64,000 bases of DNA, from the NCBI GenBank assembly GCA_964035545.1, contig OZ037767.1:6464707-6528706 (forward strand). Reading direction: 5' to 3'. The notes under the pieces are model-generated. The model saw nothing but the letters and a program-made list of their open reading frames with translations, had not been told where the DNA came from and did no database searches. This document shows, piece by piece, positions 1 through 12,100 of this stretch. A program made the position numbers and the translations under genes. The DNA is from Bugula neritina. Taxonomy: Eukaryota; Animalia; Bryozoa. Each line of letters begins with the position of its first letter. Positions within the stretch are counted from its first letter, which is position 1.

Positions 1-131
1 GAAAGCTTTCAGGCAATGAGCTTTCACTCAAACTTTATTGGCAGAATGATCCTGATTGGCTGAGATACATCAAAAGTGCATACCAATGATTCTGATTGGC
101 TGAGATATATAAGTGCATACCAAACGCTTAC

Positions 132-3100
132 TTCCACTCATTACAGCAACAATAGTGCATGCCAGAGAAACATGTTGGCTGCAGTTCAAAGAAAATATGG
201 GAAAACAGTTTGACTACACAGTTGAGTACTACAGGTGGGTATAACATAGGGTAAAGCATACGTCTGTAATAGTCAGGTCTAATCTTCACTTCGCTGAAGC
301 TCACACCAGATGATATCACTCTATTTGTCCATTGGAAGATCACATCCTGTTCATGGCTGGCAGCATAGTCGCACAGCAGCATTTCTCTCAAAGGCAGCTT
401 ATTGTAGATCTGTATATATTGCAACCAGTTATTACACAATGAAGTCTCTTAAACTGCAGATAAAAACTTAAAGCTTCCTGTATATCCAGAGTTGAGCGGA
501 ACTTTTCGAAATATTTTCTGTCCAAAAACTAAACTAAATAGTTGCCAAATCATAACAATCTTAAACTAAATGCAAAACAATACTAACATGAATCGTGTTT
601 ATAATTAGAAAAAGTTAGCCAAAAAATCTTCTATCTTCTGGTCAATCAAGTATCAGAACATACAATGTACCTCAATGTTTATAAAAATAAAGGTATCTTG
701 GTATGCCATGTTATTCTTAGCACAACCTAGCAATATAACAGCAACCTAATAGTTGAACAAGAGAACTTCTCTAATTAAGCAGAAGTCTATAACTAGAGCA
801 GGGGTGTCCAACCTTTCCAGAGCAACAGCCACAATGTGAAATTTAGCTTGAGTTTGGGCCACAGCATCAGCATTTTTCATTTACTTTATTCCAAATTCCA
901 TTGAATCATTACACAATTAAGTCCCAATAATCACTGCAGGCTGCATGTTTTTAGCATGAACATGAATAAGACATTTAAAAAATGGGTTTTCCACTCTAAT
1001 TCATGTATGTGTGCAAAGTAGCTTTATTTATTATGCCTTTGAGAGCCACATAAATGTAGGCTGGAAGCCTCATCTTGCGCTAGGGTCGCCTGTAGGACAG
1101 CCCTGAACTAGAGGCACATTCACATACATAACTACGCTCAAGTTTGCACAGATTGAATGTAATATGTATAACAAAACCCTTTACATTGACATCAGTTAGC
1201 AAAATCTCAAACTCTTCAATGGGATGTACAGCTACCAACTCCACCGTAAGGAAGCCGTTAAACCGTATCTTATAATTATCATCAATTTCAAGCACTTGGT
1301 CAGGGTTACTGGGTGTAAGTAGGTACGCTTTTCCTGTAACTCCTGAAAGAAAATTAAAATCAATTGACCACCAGCTTAGATACTGCTTACCAAATTGCAA
1401 GAATTGTGCACCTTGAATTAGTATTCCAGGTCATAATTTTCTAAAGGAAGCTAGGAGAAATGGTGGAAAATATGAAAAATGTGATATAGGGCATATTACT
1501 TTTAAAGTATCATAAAATAATATTCTATTCCTTCTGCAAAATTATATGAATCCCATTATTATAAATTAAAGCTGACCTTTATAACTAGCTATAAAATAAC
1601 GTTATCAATCATCAATAAAGTAAACAAGATGGTCATTTTATGAAGATGTTATTGAATAAGTGACAAGGCCCTGAATTTAGGAATTTATTTTCAATATAGA
1701 ATTTTATGATGGCTACAAGTATTCAATATATGACCATCATGCCGCGCACTTACATACCTGAAAAGCCCAAACAAAGTGTCGTCCAAGCCTCATTTTCAAT
1801 AAATACCCGAGCTCCAGAAGGTGAATTAGCAATTGGATAGACGTCTAGCCTGAAAGATAAAACATATTGGCATGAGCACTTAAATGTAGAAACATAATTT
1901 AGTATAATAAACAGCAGCTTCAGTAGTTTAGCATTTAGGAGCGGTAGTGGAAAAACAGAGATAGCTTAAGTTGTTTAATTATTTTACGAAATTTTGATTT
2001 TAGGTGCAGGTTGACAGCATCATGAGAACATAACTTATTTTGCTACATTTCTAATCTAGAACACAGGCTTTCTCAATTTCTCCATTACTGCACCTACCTT
2101 TATTTCAGAGTGAAAGAATACTACCTAAGCAAAAATTTTAGAAAACTACATATAACTACGTAAATGATTGAAATAATGCAACTTTATGTTATAAAAAACT
2201 GATTGAAATCCAAGTAAAGGCATGCATCTTTCTTTGCAAATATAAAACCAAACAACTAGTTTGGCATTCTTCAGCAGGTGGTTGCCTGAACATAAGACAG
2301 TAGTGTTGACATCAGCACTGCTATAGTTGACGCACCATTTTATTCAGTTAAAATAAGTTATTAAACCAATTCCAGTTATATTTTCTCAAGTATTTACTGC
2401 CTCAATGCAAGCTTCAGCTTAACTTACCAGTAATTAAAACTTTTGGCTGTAGCGATTTGTGAGATGAACAATAAGTTTAGTGTAAGAGAAGCTGGTTATA
2501 CAATCGAATGTTCTTAGTGGTACATACATAAAGTAGCTACTGAAGCGTGTTTGACATAATAATTGGAAAAAAAACGATTTTACCTTTTGAACCAATATCT
2601 ATTCTCAATATTACAATGCAAAAATATTCAAACTTTTATTTTTTAATTAAAAACTTTTCAAATGAATCATTGGTATGTAGCTTAAGACATTGGTAAATAG
2701 TATATAATATTTTGCAATCACAAAAATATGGAAAAAACAAAAAAACAAGCTCATATATCACACTTGATATAAGTTGGAATGCATAAGAAAGTACTCCTAT
2801 TTATAATTTAGGTGTCAAAAAGTAAAACGCTATAAATATTTTACCTATAAATGAACAGTAATTATGTTATTGATTTATGTATACCTTTCAGAAGAAATTT
2901 CCAATTGAAATATGATATCCTCATCTGTTCTGAAAAAAACGGTCACAAGTGCTGAGGTAAAAATTCTATGAGTGAGAGACATGCATATGGTAGACTCCTT
3001 GCCAGTGTAACTTAAGGGGCCGGCAAAACTCACACTGTGTGGTGGGCCAATATTTGCGTCAGTAAATACCAGACCAGCTCCTACAAAAGAATAACACACC

Positions 3101-6100
3101 TATTAAAGCATTACAATATAATGGGTAATTTTACTTAATTTAGTAAGTATTATATATCTTTAATTTTTAGCTATTTTTCACAATTTAGCTGCCAGTGTAT
3201 ATGGGGTTTTTTGCAGTAAACTAATAAAATATTGCTAAATACAAATAAATAATCAAGGGTGTTTTTAATTTTGTGTGGCTTCCTATATTTGTTTCAAATT
3301 ATTTAGTGACTTGGGATTTCCGACCCATATTTCGAATATATCTATTGTGTGGTAAATTTATGTTGTGTGTGTGTGTCCTTTGTTGCCGAGATCGGTACTT
3401 CGGTCCTCCGAAACACCGATATGCCGATTCTCGGCATATCGGAATACCGAAGTACCGAAATGCCGGATTCGGCATTTCGGATTCCCGAAGTACCGATATT
3501 CGGTATTTCGGGCCTCCGATCTCGGCAAACAAAGGAATGTCTTTGTCCTGCATGTATATAAAAGCCAGCGAGTTCCAGTATAGTTCAGTCTACTACTGGA
3601 GCTCGCTGGATAAAGACCATTGATTCACTCGGACTATACTACAATAAAGATTATCTACCTTTTACCTTATTTCTCGCCTTGTTTCTCATACAAGCATGTA
3701 ACAGCACTAGTTTCATTCACAATCCACAAAACTATCACATTGGTGGCAGCGGTGGGATTCTACGAATAGCTAGTTGCTAAGAGAAATAGGATGGCCCCAG
3801 GGGACCCAGCCCCTGAGGCAGCAGCACCACCAGCCCTCACTATTGAGGCGCTGGTCACAGCCCTCCAGGGATTGCGGGGGCAAGGACAGGCAGCACCTGG
3901 TGACAGGTATCGCCTCCAGCCCCCGACTTTCGGAGGAGATGGAGACGTGGAACAGTTCATCAAGGAGTTCGAGGACGTGGCCGCCACCGCTGAATGGCCA
4001 GTATGGGTGCGCGTCCTCCAACTCCGGGCCTGTCTGACAGGCCGGGCCAGGAACTTCGCACTGGGACCCGACGAAGCCCACATCCTGCGGGCTCTTAGGG
4101 CCCGGTTCGGGTTGACCACGGAAGAGGCGTCAGACCAGCTACAAGTGATGAGGAGAGACCGAAGGACATCTCTGGAAGATCACGCTAACGAGGTAGAGCG
4201 CCTGGCTCAGGCTGCTTTCGGTCACGCCACTGGCGACGATCGGAAGCGCCTCGTTTTTAACGCGTTCTTCCGGAGTGTGAACCACCCGGACCTCCAGCGG
4301 TACTGGCTAGCCGCAAAGGTCAAGAGCCTGGACGAAGCACTAGAGATGGGGAAGGCCTACTTCCAGGTGGAAGAGCCACGGAGGGCGAACTACGCAGCTC
4401 GCCAGGTGGCCGGAGATGCAGAAGAGATACCCCCAACCACACAAGTGGCAGCAGCAGCTACCCCGTCACCTGAGCAGACGCAGCTCAACATGCTGATGAG
4501 CATGATGAAAGGCCTGCAGGCTACAGTGACAGAGTTGCAGCGCAACCAGACGGACAGGCGGGCTCCCCGCTCGCGGGACGACCCTGTCCGCCCCCCTATG
4601 CCCACTTGCTGGGAGTGCGGGATGCCAGGACATGTGAGAAGGCACTGCCCTAAGGGACAGAAGCCTTTAAACACCCGAGGCTCACGGTGAATTCCGCCAC
4701 CCGTGGGCCCCACGCCAATCCGGTCCGGGATAGGACTCGGAAGACAACAGAAGAGACCTCTCCAGAGTCGACCTATATCGAGTGGCACGCAAACCGGAGA
4801 TCTCGGAGACCGAAAGGCCTACCCGATCCTCCTGCCCTGCCACTCGATACCCGGATGGAACTAGAAGAAACCGGATGGCAGGCACCTCGGAGATCTCGGA
4901 GGCCGCAAGGTCTACCCGATCCTCCAGCCTGGCCACTCCGTAACCGGTTCGCGGGGTTGCCCGAGGAGGTTGTGGAAGAGGATTCAGCTTACTCGCAAGA
5001 GTATCCCGAGCTACCCTCCCGACCTCAGAAAACCCCCGTTGTCTCTAAGATGAAGAGGAGGCCCGCTGTGCGGACCCAAGTCGTGTCTCCCCCAGAGACT
5101 GACCGCTCCAGGAGCACCCAGCCGTATGGAAGCAGCTACTTCCTGCCCGGAAAGATTTCGGGTAAAGCTGCCACATTCCTACTGGATACTGGGTGCACTA
5201 CCAACCTGCTGAGTAGGCGTCTCTTTGACACCCTTGGTGCACGAGAGCGGGCGAGCCTCGAGCCGTATGAAGGTGCGCATGGTACGTTGGCGGACGGATC
5301 ATGCATTCCTTTCTACGGCGTCATTTCACTACCTGGACGCGTCCGTGATCAAGCAGTTCACGAGACGTTCATAGTCAGCCAGCTGAAGGAGGACGCCATC
5401 TTGGGAATGCCCTTCCTGGAGAAACACCAGTGCCACATGGATTTCCAGAAGTCAGTGGTGGTGATGGCTGGGAAGGAACTTGTCTGTGTTGACAAGTTTG
5501 GCAGGCCCTTGGTGGGCGGAGTCCAGGTAGTGCGGGACTGCACAGTTCCGGGGAGGTCCCAGGCGACTCTCCGATGCAGAGTCAACTGCAAGGAGATCGC
5601 CGGCCTGGGGATGGTTGAAGGAACGCACGGAGCCATCCGACTAGCAAACAGCCTGAATCGGCTAGATTGTCGGCAAGAGCTCCTCGTGCAGTGCATCAAC
5701 CCCTTCACGGAACCTGTCCAATTATCGGCTGGAGCGCTGGTGGGGAAGTACCACTCCATCCAGGAAGCAGATGTGGGTCCGGCACTGGAGACAGTGGCCG
5801 ACAACCAGGGAAACCCCCCTCACACCAGACGAGAAGCAGTCCCGGAGCATCTGGCTGACCTGTATGGCGGAGCATGCGGAAACTGTACGAGTAGTACTGA
5901 ACGCCAAGTACTGGCTCAACTACTCGCGGAGTACAGTGATGTCTTCAGTCGTGGCGATAGAGACATGGGGCTGACTAAGGTTATCTCTCACGAGATACCC
6001 CTGGCAGCCGACACCACTCCCATCAGGCAGCCTACCCGACGTCTGGGCCCGGAGAAGGAGAAGGAGGTGAGCCGACAGGTACAGGATCTTCTGGACCGGG

Positions 6101-9100
6101 ATCTGATTGAGCCTGCCCACGGCGCGTGGAGCTCCCCAGTGGTCCTGGTCAAGAAGAAGGATGGTAGCTGGAGATTCTGCGTGGACTACCGCAGACTCAA
6201 CAACGCTACCATCCAGGACGCCTACCCTCTCCCCCGGATAGATGAGTCTCTAGACGCCCTCGCGGGTAGCAAGTACTTCAGTACTTTGGATCTGCTTAGT
6301 GGGTACTGGCAAGTGCCCCTCAGCCCTGATGCACAGGACAAAGCAGCATTCATTACTCGCGACGGGCTCTGGAAATGGAAAGTACTGCCATTCGGACTGA
6401 CGTCCGCTCCGGCAACATTCCAACGACTCATGGAGCAAGTCCTCAGTGGGTTACACTGGAAGACCCTCCTCATCTATCTGGACGACGTCATTGTCATCTC
6501 CCCAGACTTCTCGACTCATGTCAGCCGTCTGCGGGAGGTCTTTGACCGTCTCCGGGCTGCTGGACTGAAGCTGAAGCCCTCCAAGTGTGCACTCCTGCAG
6601 CCAGAAGTCACGTACCTGGGCCATGTGGTTGGCCGTGATGGGGTCGCTACCGATCCAGAGAAGGTACAAGCTGTGAAGGAGTGGACTGTTCCCCGTGACC
6701 TCCCTGAGTTGCGTGCTTTCCTGGGCCTAGTAGGGTACTACCGGCAGTACATACCTAGGTTCGCAGGAGTGGCTCAACCGTTAAATCGGCTGACCGCGAA
6801 GGGAGTCCGGTGGCAGTGGACACAGGAGGAGCAACAGGCATTCGACCACCTCAAGCAACGGCTAATGGAAGCGCCAATCCTGGCGTATCCTGATCCAGCC
6901 AAGGAGTACATCCTGGACACCGACGCCAGCGACCACAGCGTGGGAGCCGTCTTGTCTCAAGTCCAGGGTGGAAGTGAAGTGGTCGTGGCTTACTATAGCA
7001 AGACTCTCGCGGCCGCCGAGAAGAACTACTGCACCACTAGGAAGGAACTCCTAGCAGTAGTCAAGGCGGTCAAGCACTTTCGGCCATATCTGTATGGGAA
7101 ATCGTTCCGTCTGCGAACAAACCATGCATCACTGATATGGCTGTGTAAACGTGCAGAGCCCTCGAGCCAGGTGGCTCGTTGGCTAGAGATTCTTGCTGAG
7201 TTCTCCTACCGGATAGAGCACCGTGCAGGCCGGAAGCATGGGAACGCCGACGGCATGAGCCGCCGGCCGGTAGAGGACTGTAAGCAATGCCTACACATTG
7301 AACGGCGGGACGGGGGACCCGCTCGCCTTGACGTGGAAGCAGGACTAGTGGAGGGCACCACCTACCAGTGGGAGCACGGCCATCTTCGGACCGAAACCCA
7401 CCAGGCACTCCACGCCAACCCTACTCTGCACCAGAACGTCAAGGAGCTGTGCCGACTCCAGGAGACGCTACCCGGCGCGGTAGCAGACATCTTCCGGGCC
7501 AAGAAGGAGGGCCGACGGCCTAGCGAGGAACAGCAGCGACAGGGGGACGTTGAGTTCCAACTCCTCTGTCGTCGCTGGGATGCCTTCAAGGTCAGTCCCG
7601 ATGGCCTCCTGATGATAACGTTAGCAGCAGACAACCGCCAGCAGAAGAGGGACCGCGTCGTCTGTCCACGCGCCCTCCGGCGGGAACTGATCTGGGACAC
7701 CCATAAGCAGGCTCATGCTGGAGTCAGTCGGGTCATCAGGTGTCTGCGGCTACGTTGGTATTGGTCCGGAATGACTCGGGACGTACGACTGCGGGTACGG
7801 CAATGCGAGGTCTGCCAAGCTAGCAAGCATGGCCGCCCCACGGAAACCACTGGTCGACGCCGGCTGTACGCTGGTCGACCGTGGCAAGTAGTGGCGGTAG
7901 ACCTCGTCGGGCCTATGCCGTTATCCGCCAGAGGGAACACCTGGATACTGGTGCTCACGGACCACTTTACCCGGTGGGCGGATGCTCTGGCTATTCCAGA
8001 CGCAACCGCCCCCACGGTGGCCCGGACCCTGGACCAACATGTATTCTGTTACCTCGGTTTGCCCGAGCAGATACATACAGACCAGGGTGCCCAGTTCCAG
8101 TCCCAGCTCATGGGAGACCTCTGCCGGATATGTGGGGTGAACCAGAGTCGGACCACCCCATATCACCCGCAAGGGAACGGAGTCGTCGAGAGGAACAACA
8201 GGATGTTGGGTGACGCGCTCCGGAGCCTGCTGCTTGGTCGAGGTCAGGAAGAATGGGACGTGGTGCTGCCGCAGATCATGCGGGCTTACCGCAGCACACC
8301 ACACTCCGCCACGCAGGAGACCCCAAACTTCCTGATGTTAGGCCGAGAGACGCGGGTCCCGGAACACCTGACGTACCATGTTCCTGCCCCCGAGTCACCG
8401 GTACACGAATATGTGGAGGGTCTGATGGACATCATGGGCAAAGCTCATGATGCGCTGCGCACCCAGCAGTGGCAGACCCGCACAGAGGACTCAGAGGAGC
8501 CCCCGTTGTACCAAGTGGGAGACTGGGTCTGGATGGTGAGTTACCGTAGGCGGCGCGGACAGTCGGCTAAGCTTCAGCCCAAGTTCGTCGGCCCCTACTG
8601 CGTAGTAGAGGTGCTGCCCAACCACACATACCGTGTGGAGCGCTCTGGACAGGTCTCTGTCCAGAGCGAGCAGCGCCTCAAACCTTACCATGCCAGCCCA
8701 GACGCGGTGGGTCAGGCTCCACCCCTCTTGGAGCCCCACCGTCAGCCCAACCGACGTGGACGGGCCACCCGGCCCCGTGAGGTGGAGATTATGGTCCCCA
8801 GGGAGGCAGACCAGGAGCAAGCCGCCCTGATAGAGCAGCTGGAGCGACAGCAGAGAGCGGAGCGGGAGCAGGAACAGCAGCAAGCCCTTGGCTCACAACC
8901 CTTCCCGGGGGAGGACACCCCCGTACGGGGTGAAGACGGGGACCCCCCTACCAGGGCAGCCCAGGAGCCACCAACACCACCAGAGTCTGTTCCACTTGAG
9001 AGGAGCCAGCGGCCAAGAAGACCTCCCAGGTACCTGGCAGACTATGCTGTAGGACACCTGGACGGGCCCCCTCCTGAGGAAGACCCCCCCCACACTGACT

Positions 9101-12100
9101 GCCACCCCATCTTGGTTGGAAATTCCCTCCATCACCCCGGAGAATTCCACCAAGAAGAAGAAATGGCCGACCGAATTTCGGAAGACACTCGATCACGCGA
9201 GTTGTCTTCTCGAAATCCGGGGGAAATTCCCACGAGCCACGCGACTCGGGCTTCAGCAGGTAAAACTTCTGAAGCACGAGGTTCGGCCATTTCTCATTCT
9301 GACTTCACACAGCTCGCACGGCAGTTGCAACTCAAACTAAATTCTGATTCTAATACTCATTTTGACTTTACCACTGTTCTCCGTACGCTATCAGCAGCTA
9401 TGGGAATTACTCTACCAGATACACAATCAGGTATTTCTTCTAGATTAGATCCTCCAGTTGCGGAGTCTAGTCAAATTACAGTAGACTGGTCTTTACTAGA
9501 CTTACTTGGTTCTGATCTCTTAGAACCGGAGGCCGAGATGGATCTTGGAGATGACTCTGCCATTGATACATTGTTGAATCACGATGTAGGCTCAGTCAAT
9601 TTCTGCGATACACCTCGGCCCTCGGTTTTTAACTTATCTCCATACACACCTGTGCCGAATTTCGGCGATAGTGAGACCGGCTTCTCACAGCCTCTACTAT
9701 CTATTCTAGAGGAGCGAATGGACGTTGAGGAGGCCAGTCGGTCCGACTCCCCTCTCCCACCGGCCCTTGCTTCGGCTTCTACCAGCCAGCAGGCCGCCAC
9801 CTCCTCCACAGAGGTGTGTTCCGCCATGGTTGGCCCTGACCCCAAACCGGTCGAGCTTCAGCTCACGGCCGGGGAGGAGCAGGGCATCCTACACGGCGAC
9901 CACCTGCCAGCAGAAGAAGATACCTCCCCAATACTGGCCCTGCCTCGGGCCCTGGTCGCCCGCCAGTATTGGGTGACTGGACCCACCAACCTGAAAATTG
10001 GTGATGCTTGCGGTGAGCCGGGCAACCGCATCTGCCATGAGTGTAAGAGGAAATTCTCCTCTGCACGGCGGTTGCGCGTACACGCCCCACAGCACTACAT
10101 CAACGTGTTTTGCCCGTGTGGGGAGTTCTCCTACCAGAGAGACTATGTGTTGAGACATCAACGCATAGCTCACTGCCACACGGGCTACACGTTTGCTGTA
10201 GACCAGGCCTCCTTTCCCGAATTTCGGGACCTGGTGCTGCCACACGTGGCGGATCCCCACAAACGGGCTGCTCTCGCCCTGGGATTCCCCGCGTGTAGGC
10301 CTGTTCGGGAAGAAGAAGGGGAGCCCGCCGCGACACCCCAACCGGCAGCCACCCAGCCACTTCGGGTCATGCTGGCACGGGTCGGACCAGGTGCCAGGGC
10401 CGATTCATCGGACCTGGGCCCCCGACCCTCGGCGGCGGGCGAGAAGCAGACGCACCGCCAGCGACGTCCTGCCCGTGGTACTACCGACCGCCCTAGGCAC
10501 CAGACGTCAGCTCAGTTGGCAGAGGAGGTCCACCAGTTACGCCGGCAGCTCCGCAGATATGAAGAGGAGCTGGGGCAACTCCGGAGACGAGTTAGCCGCC
10601 TGGAGCGGGGTCGATCTGGCGACCGCCGCTGAGACTATTTGTATAGTTTTTTGTTTTTTTTTCTTTTTTTTCTTTTCTACTCTTATTCTTTGTTTGTTTA
10701 TTATATGTGTGTAAGTTCTTCATGTAATGCATGTACCTATTCATGCTCTGTTTTTCTTGTGTGTGCACAAATCTTCCCTGTTGTGTGTTTGTGTTGTGTA
10801 CGCCTCTTTATCGGAAAGCATGCTTTCCGATGGGGGGTGTGTGTGGTAAATTTATGTTGTGTGTGTGTGTCCTTTGTTGCCGAGATCGGTACTTCGGTCC
10901 TCCGAAACACCGATATGCCGATTCTCGGCATATCGGAATACCGAAGTACCGAAATGCCGGATTCGGCATTTCGGATTCCCGAAGTACCGATATTCGGTAT
11001 TTCGGGCCTCCGATCTCGGCAAACAAAGGAATGTCTTTGTCCTGCATGTATATAAAAGCCAGCGAGTTCCAGTATAGTTCAGTCTACTACTGGAGCTCGC
11101 TGGATAAAGACCATTGATTCACTCGGACTATACTACAATAAAGATTATCTACCTTTTACCTTATTTCTCGCCTTGTTTCTCATACAAGCATGTAACAGCA
11201 CTAGTTTCATTCACAATCCACAAAACTATCACAATATCTATTTAGCTCATATGACAATGATGTTGAGTTTTAATGCCGCATGATCCCTTCCCAGTACATA
11301 AACCTGCCTCATACAGTAAATTTTTATAAATTTTAAGTAAACTTTAAGTTTTGGTGCTAACTTGCTGATGCGTACAAAATAAAATAAAATGATCCATTTA
11401 GAAATCATTGCAAAATATACAAGTAGTTTACACCTCTGTAACATTGTGAATAATAAACCACTGCTCTCCATGCCATTTATACTAGACGCAAGAGGGGATA
11501 ACTAGCACAGTATATACAACTCGGAGTCAAGAACATGAAGAAACACTTATGTACCATTACACTTGGAGGTGGAGATAACTTCAGCAGAGCCAAGGACTGC
11601 AACTCTATCACTGTAGGTTAAAGAGGAGACAACTGACGTGCATAGAGTACCGGAGTCTATTGTCTGGATACAGTTGCTATATAATCCCAGATCAAAGAGA
11701 TAATAGCCTGTTGAGTTACTCAATTTCTCTGCTACAATCTAAATCAAAATTGTTTTGATAAAATTGAGCATCCACATATAAAAACATATTACACATTATA
11801 TTTAGAAAATAGCAAAGTTAATTAAATTTATGCTTGACAATTTTTGATAGTATTAACAAACTTAAAACGATATACTTGCTAAATTGGAAACTCTATAGCT
11901 CCATGTTCTTATAAAAAATAATTAGCTGCCTGAACTAACTAGGATATTGACAAAGTCAGCTATAATAACTGTTATAATGTAGAGTATAGCAGTTATTATG
12001 ATGTATATTACAATAACTAAGCTTATAATTTGCATAGCAATTATGATTATTATTGACATTATAATAATAATTATTGACATTAATACAATTATTATACCAC

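Larger units (their letters stand above)
3346..11233 (+). mobile_element. Full-length Ty3/Gypsy LTR retrotransposon, element 1, antisense in an intron of the pentraxin-like gene
   Basis: Two LTRs identical by eye, PBS, gag, pol in PR-RT-RH-IN order, PPT; abrupt GC-rich block in AT-rich host DNA. Confidence 0.97.

Noticed and set aside
46-123. Two tandem copies of about 40 bp containing CTGATTGG (CCAAT box on the minus strand)
   Set aside because: Small intronic duplication; no other promoter evidence.
3376-3536. CRISPR array or tRNA-like gene
   Set aside because: No constant repeat with unique spacers, no cloverleaf or Pol III boxes; it lies inside a eukaryotic LTR.
3273-3623. Overlapping 70-138 aa ORFs across the element 1 LTRs (also 10639-11117, 22431-22735, 29017-29321)
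   Set aside because: By-products of the stop-poor palindromic array and T-rich 3' UTR; open in several frames on both strands with no recognisable domain.
4390-10370. Many antisense and alternate-frame ORFs inside gag/pol of both elements
   Set aside because: Expected shadow ORFs in GC-rich coding DNA; their recurrence only reflects near-identity of the two copies.
9046-10632. Env gene as the explanation for the 3' extension
   Set aside because: No signal peptide, transmembrane helix or fusion-protein pattern; it is in frame with pol and has nuclear-type motifs.
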